DNA of 64,000 nucleotides, from contig DAOUJJ010000005.1 in the NCBI GenBank assembly GCA_034422835.1, positions 74,891 through 138,890 on the forward strand, given 5' to 3'. Each line of letters begins with the position of its first letter. Within the stretch, counting starts at the first letter, position 1. Source of the DNA: Dehalococcoidia bacterium. Its GTDB lineage: Bacteria > Chloroflexota > Dehalococcoidia > UBA6926. Position numbers and translations under genes: made by a program. The notes beneath the pieces are model-generated. The model saw only the letters and a list, made by a program, of their open reading frames with translations. It had not been told where the DNA came from and did not search any database. Positions 19,433 through 29,655 of the stretch are shown here, piece after piece.

Positions 19433-20605
19433 ATGACAACAAGACACCTGCTGATTCGCTACCACGAGGTGGCGCTCAAGGGCAAGAACCGCGGCGTGTT
19501 TGTCGGCGCGTTGGCTAACAACGTGCGCAAGGCGCTGGCACGGGCCGGGCTGGATCATCCCGTTCGGCAGGAACGCAGCCAGATTCGTGTGGATCTGCCG
19601 GACGAGGCAGATGCCTCCCCTGCCCTGAGCGCGCTTTCCCGCGTCTATGGCATCGCCCGCATCGCACCGGCCCTCCGTACAGGCCTGGAGTTTGACGAGA
19701 TCGTCGACGGTGTCAGGGACGTTATTCGCGCCGAATGGAACGGCGCAGAGACCTTCCGCGTTTCCGCATCCCGGTCAGACAAACGCTATCCGTTGACCTC
19801 TGTCGACCTAAACAACCGTATCGGCGCTCTCGTGGAAGAGGAGACCGGCGCGGCGGTCAAGCTGCGCGGAGCGGATATCGATCTGCGTGTGGACGTACGG
19901 GAGAAGGGCGCGTTTGTCTACGTGGAGTCCATTCCCGGCGCGGGCGGGCTGCCGGTTGGCAGTTCCGGCCACGTCATGGCGCTGTTGTCAGGCGGCATCG
20001 ATTCGCCGGTCGCGGCGGCGCGTATGTTCCGGCGTGGGTGCACGGTGGACTTTGTCCACTTCCACAGTTTCCCGCTCGTGGACGGTTCATCGCGGGACAA
20101 GGCACGAGACCTCGTGCGCGTTCTGGATGAATCACAGTTCGGGTCACGGCTGCACCTCGTTCCGTTCGCGGACGCGCAGCGGCAGATCGTCGCGGCGGTC
20201 AACCCGGCGTATCGGGTAGTTGCCTACAGGCGATTCATGGTGCGGGCGGCGGAGGAACTCGCGAGGCGCGGCGGCGCGTTAGCGCTTGTAACGGGTGAGA
20301 GCATCGGGCAGGTGGCCAGCCAGACCGTGGAGAATATCGCCACCATTGACTCGGTGGCTACTATGCCCGTGCTGCGGCCTCTGGTCGGCATGGACAAGAA
20401 CGAGATCATCGCAGAGGCCCGAAGGCTGGAGACGTTTGATATTTCAATCTTGCCGGATGAGGACTGCTGCTCACTCTTCGTGCCGAAACATCCGGTTCTG
20501 CGGTCTTCGCCGGGCGAGGCTGAGCGCATGGAAAACGTGCTGGACGTGGACGAGCTGGTCAGGATGAGCGCGGACGCTGCACAGATGGTGACGTTCGGGG
20601 AGTGA
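19433..20605 (+). CDS. thiI: tRNA 4-thiouridine(8) synthase ThiI (THUMP plus PP-loop ATPase)
   Basis: Shows HLLIRYHEVALKGKNR (THUMP N-terminus) and ALLSGGIDSPVAA (PP-loop). The start is set at ATG 19433 with an AGAGGA Shine-Dalgarno. The ORF track starts at 19184 and would overlap the convergent YHS gene. Confidence 0.85.
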   Translation: MTTRHLLIRYHEVALKGKNRGVFVGALANNVRKALARAGLDHPVRQERSQIRVDLPDEADASPALSALSRVYGIARIAPALRTGLEFDEIVDGVRDVIRAEWNGAETFRVSASRSDKRYPLTSVDLNNRIGALVEEETGAAVKLRGADIDLRVDVREKGAFVYVESIPGAGGLPVGSSGHVMALLSGGIDSPVAAARMFRRGCTVDFVHFHSFPLVDGSSRDKARDLVRVLDESQFGSRLHLVPFADAQRQIVAAVNPAYRVVAYRRFMVRAAEELARRGGALALVTGESIGQVASQTVENIATIDSVATMPVLRPLVGMDKNEIIAEARRLETFDISILPDEDCCSLFVPKHPVLRSSPGEAERMENVLDVDELVRMSADAAQMVTFGE

Positions 20606-20710
20606 GGCAGAGAACCGAGCAGCGGCGCTAATGAGACTGAAATATCGCACGAGCGCATTGGCGCATGGGGCGCGGCGGCGGCTATACTGACTGCTCAAGC
20701 GCAATGCGCC

Positions 20711-22189
20711 TTGGGGGAGGTGTACGTGGTCTCATCCGACTATCCCGAATATGGCTACACCGTCACCATACGCCTGGAGTATCCGAACAAGATCGGAATG
20801 CTCGGCATGATTACAACCACTGTTGGCGAGCACGAGGCCGACATCACTGCCGTCGATCTCGTTCGCACGCGGGGTAAGCGCATCGTCCGTGACCTCACCA
20901 TCGGCGTGATGAACATGGAGCACGGACAGCGCGTCGCGCGGGCGCTGCGCAAGGCCGGCGCAAAGATCATCGCTTTCACAGACCCATCGTTCCTCGTCCA
21001 CACGGGCGGCAAGATCGAGATGCACACGCGGACACCCGTTGAGAACCACCGTGATCTCTCGCAGGTGTATACGCCGGGTGTTGGCCGCGTGGCCTCCTTC
21101 ATTGGTGAGAACCCGGAGTCCGTGTGGTCGCTCACGTCCAAAGCAAACACCGTGGCCGTTGTCTCGGACGGGACGGCGGTGTTGGGACTCGGCAACATCG
21201 GGCCTGAGGCCGCCCTGCCCGTCATGGAGGGCAAAGCCATTCTCTTCAAGGAACTCGCTGACGTGGACGCATGGCCGATCTGCCTGGACACCAGTGACCC
21301 GGACCAGATTGTGGACACGGTCAAGGCGCTGGCTGTTGGGTTCGGCGGCATCAATTTGGAGGACATCTCCGCGCCGCGCTGCTTCGAGATCGAGGAGCGG
21401 CTGAAGGAGGAGCTGGATATCCCCGTGTTCCATGACGACCAGCACGGGACCGCGGTTGTCGTGACCGCAGCCCTGATCAACGCGCTCAAGATCGTCGACA
21501 AGGACATCGGCCAGCTTCGCGCCGTCATGACCGGCGCCGGGGCGAGCGGCGTGGCCACGTCGCGGATGCTCGTTGCGGCGGGACTCCGTGACCTTATCGT
21601 CTTTGACCGGCAGGGCGCTATTCACCGCGACCGCGGCGATATTGAAGGCAATACTGGCAAGATGTGGCTTGCGGAGAACACAAACCCACGCAACTTCGCC
21701 GGTGATATTCGAGCCGGCCTGAACGACGCAGACCTCTTCATCGGCCTTTCCGGGCCGGGAGTCATCGAACCCGAAGACCTGGCAAGCATGAACAGCGACG
21801 GCATCGTCTTTGCGCTGGCCAACCCCGATCCCGAAGTGTCGCCGGAAGAGGCGCATCGATACGTGCGCGTGGTGGCGACGGGGCGCTCGGACTACCCGAA
21901 TCAGATCAACAACGCTCTCTGCTTCCCCGGCCTCTTTCGCGGGGTGTTGGACGTCCGCGCGCGCAGCATCAATGAGGACATGAAGATGGCGGCGGCGCAG
22001 GCTCTTGCCGCCGTCGTGTCCAATCGCGAACTGAGCGAGGAGAACATCATCCCCAGCCTCTTCAACTCACGCGTGGTGACGGCGGTCTCACGCGCCGTGA
22101 GCAAGGCGGCTCTGCGAACCGGTGTTGCGCGCCGCTCGCGCATCCACCACGGGGAGCACATGCCCGATCTGTCGCCGCTGGCGCATTAG
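20711..22189 (+). CDS. NAD(P)-dependent malic enzyme with N-terminal ACT domain
   Basis: The malic-enzyme core (…VYTPGVGRV…, VVSDGTAVLGLGNIGP, GINLEDISAPRCFEIE, VMTGAGASGVA) is preceded by about 75 aa of ACT-like sequence. The start may be GTG at 20726 just after the GGGGGAGG Shine-Dalgarno. Confidence 0.8.
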   Translation: MGEVYVVSSDYPEYGYTVTIRLEYPNKIGMLGMITTTVGEHEADITAVDLVRTRGKRIVRDLTIGVMNMEHGQRVARALRKAGAKIIAFTDPSFLVHTGGKIEMHTRTPVENHRDLSQVYTPGVGRVASFIGENPESVWSLTSKANTVAVVSDGTAVLGLGNIGPEAALPVMEGKAILFKELADVDAWPICLDTSDPDQIVDTVKALAVGFGGINLEDISAPRCFEIEERLKEELDIPVFHDDQHGTAVVVTAALINALKIVDKDIGQLRAVMTGAGASGVATSRMLVAAGLRDLIVFDRQGAIHRDRGDIEGNTGKMWLAENTNPRNFAGDIRAGLNDADLFIGLSGPGVIEPEDLASMNSDGIVFALANPDPEVSPEEAHRYVRVVATGRSDYPNQINNALCFPGLFRGVLDVRARSINEDMKMAAAQALAAVVSNRELSEENIIPSLFNSRVVTAVSRAVSKAALRTGVARRSRIHHGEHMPDLSPLAH

Positions 22190-22194
22190 ACGTC

Positions 22195-22248
22195 GTTAGG
22201 CACATCAGCCTTTTCGAGCGTTTGCCTAACCCCTCTTTCGTTTTCTCC
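22195..22248 (+). terminator. bidirectional hairpin terminator (GTTAGGCA…TGCCTAAC followed by a T-rich tract)
   Basis: 8-bp stem with a large loop, then CCCTCTTTCGTTTTCTCC. It lies between the convergent malic-enzyme and dedA genes. Confidence 0.45.
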
Positions 22249-22864
22249 ACCTGTAGGCGCGCCAGCCAAAGAAAGCCACGACAGCCACCGCTATCAATAT
22301 CAGCGTGGCGTTCTGATAAGGTCCCGTAATCTCCGTGATTCTCTCCCAATTCTCGCCAAGCACCCGGCCTATGTAGGTCTGGATGAGGCTCCAGATGAAT
22401 GTTCCGAGGGTCGTATACAGCAGAAACTTTAGAAGATTCATGCGGGTATAGCCCGCCGGAATCGAAATCACACTGCGGATGATGGGGATGAGCCGCCCAA
22501 AGACGATGGCAGCCTCCCCGTACTTTTCAAACCACGCAGTTGCGCGGTCGAGGTCGTTCTCGGAGATAAACGCATATTTCCCGTATACGGCGACAATATG
22601 GCGCACGCCGGCTTCCCGGGCGAAATAGCCTACGCCATAGAGAACCAGCGCCCCAATCACGGAGCCCGCCGTGCCGGCAGCAACAACGCCCCAGAAGTTC
22701 AGCTCGTCTCTTGCGGAGAGCGCGCCGGCGAATGGGAGAACGAATTCAGACGGCACCGGAGGAAAGATGTTCTCGGCGGCCATGAGAAAAACGATTCCGG
22801 GGTAGCCGATGGCAAGGATGACTTCCTGGATCCACCCGCCCAGAGTCTCAATGATGCCGGTCAC
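22226..22864 (-). CDS. DedA/SNARE-associated family membrane protein
   Basis: 212 aa, multi-TM, with the typical DedA core (…FLMAAENIFPPVPSEFVLPFAGAL…YTRMNLLKFLLYTTLGTFIW…). Confidence 0.8.
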   Translation of the reverse strand: MTGIIETLGGWIQEVILAIGYPGIVFLMAAENIFPPVPSEFVLPFAGALSARDELNFWGVVAAGTAGSVIGALVLYGVGYFAREAGVRHIVAVYGKYAFISENDLDRATAWFEKYGEAAIVFGRLIPIIRSVISIPAGYTRMNLLKFLLYTTLGTFIWSLIQTYIGRVLGENWERITEITGPYQNATLILIAVAVVAFFGWRAYRWRKRKRG

Positions 22865-22867
22865 GGC

Positions 22868-23662
22868 TTACGCCTTGAGAGTCTCCACCAACCAATTGAC
22901 GGCGATGTCCACGGCCTCCACGTTGCTGCGGAATCGATGCCCCGCCCCCGGCAGCATCATCAACTCCGTCACGGATTCATCGGACGCCGCCAACAGCGCG
23001 TGAGCGTCCCCCGGCGGCACAACGTCATCCGCGTCGCCGTGCATGAGCAGCAAAGGCCGCGGCGCCACACGGGCAACCGACTGCGTCACGTCCATTTCCC
23101 CGTACTCATCAGCCCATTTTTCAACGGACGGTGGAAAGTCGGGGTCACGGATGATGCCAACGTCTCTGGCGTTCTGCACCATCTCCTCCGGTGAGCGGCT
23201 CCACCGCGAGCGGGCCGGTGAGGCGAACGAGAGAACAGCCGCAACCTCCGGCCTGCGTGCCGCCACATGGATCGCCACACGCGCACCCATGCTTGAGCCA
23301 AGCACGCCGATGCGGTCGATGTCCACCTCGGGACGCTCCCACACCCATGACAGCACGGCCTCCAGGTCTTGCGCCCATCCCAGCGGATGAAAATTGCCGC
23401 CGCTCTCGCCCGTCCCACGGAAATTGAAAATCACGGCGGCAAGGCCGCGGTGGGCGCATAGCTCCGCAATCTCGGCGTACGTCAGGCCCTCATCTGTTGG
23501 CGCGGACAGTGTGATATCCGCCGTTGGCGTGGGGCGGGCGGCGGGCATCCCATGGCAGAGAACCACTGCCGGATGCGGCCCCTGCCCGTCCGGTATGGAG
23601 ATAGCGCCGACCAGCTCAATGCCGTCGCTGTCGATTGTTATGCGTTCAGTCGTGACGGGCAT
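22868..23662 (-). CDS. alpha/beta hydrolase (dienelactone-hydrolase-like)
   Basis: 264 aa with the nucleophile elbow GSSMG and a HG…oxyanion region (VVLCHGMPA). Confidence 0.75.
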   Translation of the reverse strand: MPVTTERITIDSDGIELVGAISIPDGQGPHPAVVLCHGMPAARPTPTADITLSAPTDEGLTYAEIAELCAHRGLAAVIFNFRGTGESGGNFHPLGWAQDLEAVLSWVWERPEVDIDRIGVLGSSMGARVAIHVAARRPEVAAVLSFASPARSRWSRSPEEMVQNARDVGIIRDPDFPPSVEKWADEYGEMDVTQSVARVAPRPLLLMHGDADDVVPPGDAHALLAASDESVTELMMLPGAGHRFRSNVEAVDIAVNWLVETLKA

Positions 23663-23706
23663 GATCTTGCCTCCGCGAACGCCCTGCCCTCGCTATTGCC
23701 GGCTTG

Positions 23707-24675
23707 CTAGGGCGCGCTAGCCGATGGGGCTGCTGATGGAGTCGAGCCGCCGCGTCCGCCGCCGATGAACGGCAGGCTGCCGAAACTCCGCGTCTCCCAT
23801 GACACGATCACCTGCGAGGCGGTGAAGATGGAGCTGTACGTTCCGGACACGACGCCAATGATCATCACGAAGAGGAAATCGCGAATCGTCGCCGGGCCAA
23901 GCAGGAACAGTGCCAACAGCACCACAAGGGTCGTAAAGCTCGTGTTGATTGAACGCCCCATGCTTTCCATGATCGAGTAGTTGGTGGTAGCGACGATGTC
24001 TCGGTTCGTATCTCGCAGGATGTTCTCGCGGATGCGGTCGAAGATAACGATGGTGTCATTGATGCTGTAGCCGAGCAGGGTCAGCACGCCGACGAGGAAC
24101 ATGCTGCTGATTTCAAGATGCAGCCATTGAGAGCCCACGAGCATGAACAGCCCCGCCATGGCAAATGCAACGGCGATGTCATGCACAAGGGCGATGATGG
24201 CCGCGATGCCATAGCGGAACGGGTGCCGGATACTGCGGAATGCGTAGACGATGTAGCCGAGAATGCCGACCACCGCGATGAGGACGGCGATCAGTCCGTT
24301 CCGCACCGTCTCACGGGCGACGGCGGGTGAGACCAGGTCAAAGCTGTAACCCTGCAGTGGCCCGGCGTATTCCTCCAACGCGTTGCGCACGTCCAACTGT
24401 TGGCGTTCGGAGGCGTCCGCCAACGGCAGCCGCAGGAAATACTCGCGGTCGCCAAACCCCTGCACCACCGCGCCCTCATATCCGAGTGATTCAATGGCGA
24501 GGTCCACGTCCTCCTGCTCAGTTGCATTGACGAACGTCGCGTCAACGGCGGCGCCGCTGCTGAACTCGATGCTGAAGCTCAGGCCGGGGCCGAGGAACAG
24601 CGCGGCCAGCCCGGCGGCGATAAGCACGAGGGAAAAGAGGAAGTACGTGGCGCGGTATTTGGCAAAGTTGATCAT
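23707..24675 (-). CDS. secF: protein-export membrane protein SecF
   Basis: SecF core followed by a Gly/Ser/Pro-rich C-terminal tail. The start is set at ATG 24673-24675 (MINFAKYRATYF) with an AAGGGAAG Shine-Dalgarno. The ORF track start at 24726 would overlap secD. Confidence 0.85.
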   Translation of the reverse strand: MINFAKYRATYFLFSLVLIAAGLAALFLGPGLSFSIEFSSGAAVDATFVNATEQEDVDLAIESLGYEGAVVQGFGDREYFLRLPLADASERQQLDVRNALEEYAGPLQGYSFDLVSPAVARETVRNGLIAVLIAVVGILGYIVYAFRSIRHPFRYGIAAIIALVHDIAVAFAMAGLFMLVGSQWLHLEISSMFLVGVLTLLGYSINDTIVIFDRIRENILRDTNRDIVATTNYSIMESMGRSINTSFTTLVVLLALFLLGPATIRDFLFVMIIGVVSGTYSSIFTASQVIVSWETRSFGSLPFIGGGRGGSTPSAAPSASAP

Positions 24676-24688
24676 TCTTGGCTTCCCT

Positions 24689-26392
24689 TTACGGAATATA
24701 GAGCCTCGTCTTGCGGAGTGGCTCAAAGTTGGTTACGAGGCGCAGCAGGCGGCGTGTGATGACGAGGGCGCTGAACATGCTGAGCACAACGCCGATAGCA
24801 AGAGTAAGCGCAAAGCCCTGCACGAGGCTTGCGCCGAGCCGCTCGCCGAACCAGAAGAGGATGGCGGCGATGATAAGCGTCGTGAAATTGCCGTCCCTGA
24901 TGGCGGGCCATGCGCGGTTGAATCCGATATCGATAGCCGAACCCATGCTGCGGCCTGCCCGCAATTCCTCCTTCATCCGTTCGAATATCAGGACATTGGC
25001 GTCAACAGCCAAGCCGAATGAGAGAACGAATGCCGCGAGGCCGGAGAGGGTTAGCACGACGGGAATCGACTTGAACACGCCAAGCACGAGGAGCGCATAG
25101 ATGATGAGCGCAATTGCCGCCACAACCCCGTTCATGCGGTAGTAGAGCACCATGAACAGCGCGACCAGCAGGATACCGACCATGCCGGCGCGGAGGCCGC
25201 GCTCAAGCGCGTCGGCCCCGAGGAATGCGTCCACGTCACGCTCAAGGATCGGCTCCTTTTCAAGCGGTATCGGGAACGCGCCCGCGTTGAGTTGGATGGC
25301 GAGGATCTGCGCCTCTTCAAGATCGAGTCCGGTTATGCGGGGGCTCGTTGGGATTTCGGACTGTATGCGCGGGGTGAGGATGGCTTCGCCGTCAAGGAAG
25401 ATGCCTAGCAGTTGGCCAACCATACGCCTTGACACCAGCCTGAACGCCTCACGGCCCTGGCTGTCCATCTGGAAATAGACTTCCGGAGCGCCCGTTGTGG
25501 GGTTGAATCCCACCTGCGCGGACCCCGGCTCAAGCCGGTCACCCGTCAGTTCAACCTCTTCTCCATCGACAACCGCCGTCGCAATCTCCCATTCCAGACG
25601 GAACTCCGGTTCAGGCTCAGGCGTCGGCGTTTCTTCCACCGCTTCGGTTTGGCCTTCCGCAGGAGTCGCTTCCGGGGTCGTTTCGGCAACGACAGTTGGC
25701 TCAGTATCGGCGGTTGGTTCAGGGGTTGTCTGAGCCGCTATTGATTGAGAGACGTTTGCAATCTTGGGCGCCGATGTCGTTCCGTCCGAGGGCCCCGCGG
25801 TTGAGTCCGCGGCATCGGACGGAGTTTGGTCAGCGGGCGCAGGTGTCGATTCCGCGCCCTCCCCAATGGTGGGCTCTGCTTCAGAAATTGCCTCCGCATC
25901 AGTCGCGTCATCGGATTCCGTTTCGGTTTCGGTGACTGTCTCCTCACCGGGTTCGATGGGTATCGGGATAAGCTCACGGAAATCAAGGACGGCGGGAGCG
26001 CCGATAAGGTCCTTGGCCGCCTGCACGTCCTGCACGCCCGGCAGCTGAACGACGATGCGGTTTGCGCCGAGCGTCTGAATGAGAGGCTCCGCCACGCCGA
26101 ATTGGTCGACGCGCGTGCGGATGATCTGCACCACGCCCTGCAGCTGCTCGGGGGTGGGATTCGGATCGACGGTTTCATAAACGAGATGGACGCCGCCCTG
26201 CAGATCGAGTCCGAGTGTGAGGCCAAGCGGCGTATCCTGCTGGCCCCGCTCGATGTCCGTCAGGGGGATGCGCCACTCATCGCGCACAAGGCTGAGCGCC
26301 GCAAACAAAACAAAGAGAACGATAAACCCGGGGATGATCCATCTGCGCAGCCGAAGGCCGACTGCGCCCAGTAAGCCGCTCAATCGCTCCAA
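24689..26392 (-). CDS. secD: protein-export membrane protein SecD, with roughly 110-aa acidic Thr/Pro/Glu-rich insertion
   Basis: Shows LGLDLQGGVHLVYE and C-terminal TM bundle motifs. A low-complexity insert EETVTETETESDDATDAEAISEAEP…TEAVEETPTPEPEPE lies in the periplasmic domain. Confidence 0.85.
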   Translation of the reverse strand: MERLSGLLGAVGLRLRRWIIPGFIVLFVLFAALSLVRDEWRIPLTDIERGQQDTPLGLTLGLDLQGGVHLVYETVDPNPTPEQLQGVVQIIRTRVDQFGVAEPLIQTLGANRIVVQLPGVQDVQAAKDLIGAPAVLDFRELIPIPIEPGEETVTETETESDDATDAEAISEAEPTIGEGAESTPAPADQTPSDAADSTAGPSDGTTSAPKIANVSQSIAAQTTPEPTADTEPTVVAETTPEATPAEGQTEAVEETPTPEPEPEFRLEWEIATAVVDGEEVELTGDRLEPGSAQVGFNPTTGAPEVYFQMDSQGREAFRLVSRRMVGQLLGIFLDGEAILTPRIQSEIPTSPRITGLDLEEAQILAIQLNAGAFPIPLEKEPILERDVDAFLGADALERGLRAGMVGILLVALFMVLYYRMNGVVAAIALIIYALLVLGVFKSIPVVLTLSGLAAFVLSFGLAVDANVLIFERMKEELRAGRSMGSAIDIGFNRAWPAIRDGNFTTLIIAAILFWFGERLGASLVQGFALTLAIGVVLSMFSALVITRRLLRLVTNFEPLRKTRLYIP

Positions 26393-26407
26393 CTCAGTTC
26401 CCTCTCC

Positions 26408-27934
26408 TCATTGCATTGTCTCCCCGCGCTCACCTGCCGGGGCGCCGAATCGTGCCTCCCATTCCCTGCGGGCAAACCCAAGCGCCTCCTCGGGGGTCGA
26501 CACCTCGTCCGCGGCCAACGCCTCCCTGACAGCCTCAAGTATCTGCCCCAACTGCGGGCCGGGGCCAACGCCAAGAGCTTTCATGAGCATGTGGCCATTC
26601 ACCACCATTGGCGCGGCCATGTCATCAGCGGGCTCGGCGAGAATCGACTCCATCACTAGGCTACAGTGGCTGACCCGCCTTCGCCACTCATTGGGGTCGA
26701 GCATGGGGCCCTTTGCGGCCAGAAAGTCGGCCATGCTCAGCCACACTGCTCCGATTGCCGCATCGCCGAGATCACGCTTGAAACGATAGAGAGCGCGGCG
26801 CGTTGGCGTCTGAAGATTGTTGCTGAGCTGCATGGGGCGCAGGTGCTGCCGCACAAGCAGGGTGACGTAGGCGTTGGCGCGGCGGCTGAAATGCAGCCGT
26901 TCCATCACGACCTCCGTCACATCGGCTCCCTGCTCCGGGTGGCCGAGAAAGCGCGTCCTGCCGGATTCTTCAACGGTCTTTGTCTCCGGCTTGGCGATGT
27001 CATGCAGCAGACATGCAAGCCTGGTCAGAACGGCCCGGTCTACTCCGCCGGACACCTCTTCCGCGAAATAGCCGGCAACGTGCTCGCTCCACGGCATCTG
27101 GGACAGGCTGGGATCGGCGATCCGTCTGTCACCGTCAAGCAGGCCGTCCATGAATCCGACGGTCTCCACAAGATGGTCGAACACGTCCCAGTAGTGCTCA
27201 ATCGGCTGCGTCACACCGCGCGCGGCATCAAGTTCCGGCAGAATCCGGCTGAGTACGCCGATGTCATCAAGAAGGCGCAGGGCGGATTTTGTATCGCTCA
27301 GCCCCAACAGCTTGCAGAACTCGTCACGTAGCCGATCCGGTGAAACATCCGCGATGTGGGCGGCGTCGCGCTTGGCCAGCTCCGTCGTCCCCTCATCGAC
27401 AGCGAAACCCAACTGCCCTGCCAGTCTCGCAAGGCGCATGAGTCGAATCCCATCATCGGCATAGATGGTGGGTTTGACGGCACGGAGAACACGTTCCTTG
27501 AGATCAGCGCAGCCGTCGAGCGGATCGATGAGATCATCCGGTGTCTGCCAGCTATCCAGCGGCAGCGCCATTGCGTTGACGGTGAAATCACGCCGCCCAA
27601 GTTCCGAGGCAATGTCCCGATTCCCAAGCGGCGTGATATCCAGAGTGGCGCGCTCCCCTGCTTCATCCACCGCGGAAAGCACACGGACATAGTTCCGGTC
27701 CTGGTCAAGGTGATAGAACGCGCCGCCGATCTCGTCCGCGAACTGTCTGCCCAGCTGCGGAACGTTCGCCGCATCCACCACCAGATCGGCGTCCGCGGTT
27801 GGAACGCCAAGGAGCATATCGCGAACGGAGCCGCCAACTACCCACGCTGCGGCCTGCCGCCCGGCAAGAAAGACGCGGGCGCGTTCGAGCATCTCGCCGA
27901 TAGCTGTCCCGCGAACGTCGGCGGGAGACACCAT
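26408..27934 (-). CDS. cca: CCA tRNA nucleotidyltransferase / poly(A) polymerase family protein with HD domain
   Basis: Shows GGSVRDMLLG…DADLVV (Pol-beta NTase), RDFTVNAMA and an HD region (LLHDIAKP). The internal ATG at 27932-27934 avoids overlap with def. The ORF track start is 27985. Confidence 0.75.
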   Translation of the reverse strand: MVSPADVRGTAIGEMLERARVFLAGRQAAAWVVGGSVRDMLLGVPTADADLVVDAANVPQLGRQFADEIGGAFYHLDQDRNYVRVLSAVDEAGERATLDITPLGNRDIASELGRRDFTVNAMALPLDSWQTPDDLIDPLDGCADLKERVLRAVKPTIYADDGIRLMRLARLAGQLGFAVDEGTTELAKRDAAHIADVSPDRLRDEFCKLLGLSDTKSALRLLDDIGVLSRILPELDAARGVTQPIEHYWDVFDHLVETVGFMDGLLDGDRRIADPSLSQMPWSEHVAGYFAEEVSGGVDRAVLTRLACLLHDIAKPETKTVEESGRTRFLGHPEQGADVTEVVMERLHFSRRANAYVTLLVRQHLRPMQLSNNLQTPTRRALYRFKRDLGDAAIGAVWLSMADFLAAKGPMLDPNEWRRRVSHCSLVMESILAEPADDMAAPMVVNGHMLMKALGVGPGPQLGQILEAVREALAADEVSTPEEALGFARREWEARFGAPAGERGETMQ

Positions 27935-27939
27935 CACGC

Positions 27940-28569
27940 TCACCGTCGACGCACGACCGGCGCAACGGGCCGGCGCAGTCGCCAAATAAGGTTTGGGTCG
28001 GGCGGCGGCTTTGGCTCCCCATCTTCAGACGCCTGCCTCTCAACGTCTACATCTGCCCGCAAATCGAGAGGGTACAAGTCCTCGATACGTTCCATGCGAT
28101 CGATGTACAGAATGCCGTTGAGGTGGTCGGTCTCATGCTCCAGCGCCTGCGCCAGCAGTCCGTCCGCCTTTATCCTTACCTCTTGTCCATCCAGGTCAAG
28201 GGCCTTGACGGTCACACGCTCTGAGCGAATCAGCTTGCCGCGCCAGCCCGGGATGCTAAGGCAGCCCTCCTCAACCTCCCGCTCGCCCACACGCCGTATG
28301 ATCTCCGGATTGATTAAGATGTGCGACACGTGCTCCTGCACAACGTTGCCGTCCTCATCGCGTTCCTCAGGAACCTCGATGTACGTCATACGCAGGCTGC
28401 GCCCCACCTGGTTGGCGGCGATTCCGACGCCGTGTTCCTTGTACATGGTCTCGATCATGTCATCGACAAGCGCACGCAGTGCGGGTGTAACGTTTGGCAC
28501 GCGCTTCGTCTTTTCGCGCAGGACGGGGTCAGGTATGTGACGAACGGGAATGACACTCATAAGCGGCAA
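27940..28569 (-). CDS. def: peptide deformylase
   Basis: Shows GVGIAANQVG, EGCLSIPG and HETDHLNG, the three PDF motifs. Confidence 0.9.
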   Translation of the reverse strand: MPLMSVIPVRHIPDPVLREKTKRVPNVTPALRALVDDMIETMYKEHGVGIAANQVGRSLRMTYIEVPEERDEDGNVVQEHVSHILINPEIIRRVGEREVEEGCLSIPGWRGKLIRSERVTVKALDLDGQEVRIKADGLLAQALEHETDHLNGILYIDRMERIEDLYPLDLRADVDVERQASEDGEPKPPPDPNLIWRLRRPVAPVVRRR

Positions 28570-28593
28570 CTTAGATTATAGCTGAGCCGCCAA

Positions 28594-29643
28594 CTACAAC
28601 AATTGAGGGCGGTTCGGGTCCGGGCCACTGTCCTGTGCGGGGGGCTCGACGCCGAGATGTTCATAGGCGCGGCGAGTGGCGCGACGGCCTCGCGGCGTCC
28701 TGTCCAGGAAGCCCAGCTGCAGCAGGTACGGCTCATAGACATCCATCACGGTGTCCGGCTCCTCAGCAATGGATGACGCCAATGTTTCCAGCCCCACCGG
28801 TCCCCCGCTAAACGTATTGATGAGGCTGTCCAGAACGCGGTGATCCGTGTCATCGAGCCCGAGCGAGTCGATGCCGAGACTGTTCAGTGCCTCACGCGCG
28901 GCCTCGCCTGTCACCGTGCCATCGCCCTTGACCTGAGCATAATCACGGACGCGGCGGAGCAGCCTGTTGGCAACACGCGGCGTTCCCCGGGACCGCCCCG
29001 CAATCTCCACAAGGCCGTCACTTCTCGCATCAACGTTCAGCACAGTGGCGGAGCGAACGAGAATCCTCTCGATCTCCTCCGGTGAGTAGAAGTCCAGCCG
29101 ATACGTCGCGCCGAAACGGTCGCGAAGGGGGTTGCTGAGGAGAGCATAGCGCGTCGTGGCGCCGACGAGCGTGAACGGCGGCAGGCTCACGCGCACGGAA
29201 TGCGCGCCCGGCCCCTTGCCGATCATGATGTCCAGCACGTGATCCTCCATGACGGGATAGAGCACCTCCTCAACGGAGCGCGGTAGACGGTGGAACTCAT
29301 CCACAAACAGCACATCGTGCGGACGGAGTTGGGTGAGCATCTGCGCGAGATCGCCCGCGCGAGTGAATGACGGCCCGGCGGTGACGCGGACGCTGACGCC
29401 CATCTCTGCCGCGATGATAAACGCGAGCGTCGTCTTGCCGAGGCCGGGAGGTCCGTGCATGAGAACGTGATCCAGCGGCTCATTCCGCTGCAGGGCGGCC
29501 TGGATGGAGACCTTGAGATTGTCGATGACGCGGCTTTGGCCGACGTAGTCCGGCAGGCGGCGAGGGCGCAGACCGCTCTCAAGCGCGGTGTCCTCGTTCT
29601 GCGTTTCCGGCGCGACTAGCCGATCCTCTGTAGGCTCCGTCAT
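28594..29643 (-). CDS. ruvB: Holliday junction branch-migration helicase RuvB
   Basis: Shows [20 protein letters not shown] (Walker A), [10 protein letters not shown] (Walker B) and a C-terminal winged helix. No ruvA is adjacent. Confidence 0.9.
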   Translation of the reverse strand: MTEPTEDRLVAPETQNEDTALESGLRPRRLPDYVGQSRVIDNLKVSIQAALQRNEPLDHVLMHGPPGLGKTTLAFIIAAEMGVSVRVTAGPSFTRAGDLAQMLTQLRPHDVLFVDEFHRLPRSVEEVLYPVMEDHVLDIMIGKGPGAHSVRVSLPPFTLVGATTRYALLSNPLRDRFGATYRLDFYSPEEIERILVRSATVLNVDARSDGLVEIAGRSRGTPRVANRLLRRVRDYAQVKGDGTVTGEAAREALNSLGIDSLGLDDTDHRVLDSLINTFSGGPVGLETLASSIAEEPDTVMDVYEPYLLQLGFLDRTPRGRRATRRAYEHLGVEPPAQDSGPDPNRPQLL

Positions 29644-29655
29644 GCCGGTATTGTG

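Noticed and set aside
20732-21856. 374-aa and 267-aa minus-strand ORFs
   Set aside because: Antisense to the malic-enzyme gene, which has unambiguous motifs on the + strand.
26666-28540. 221-aa and 394-aa + strand ORFs
   Set aside because: Antisense to cca and def. Arg/Ser-rich, with no motifs.
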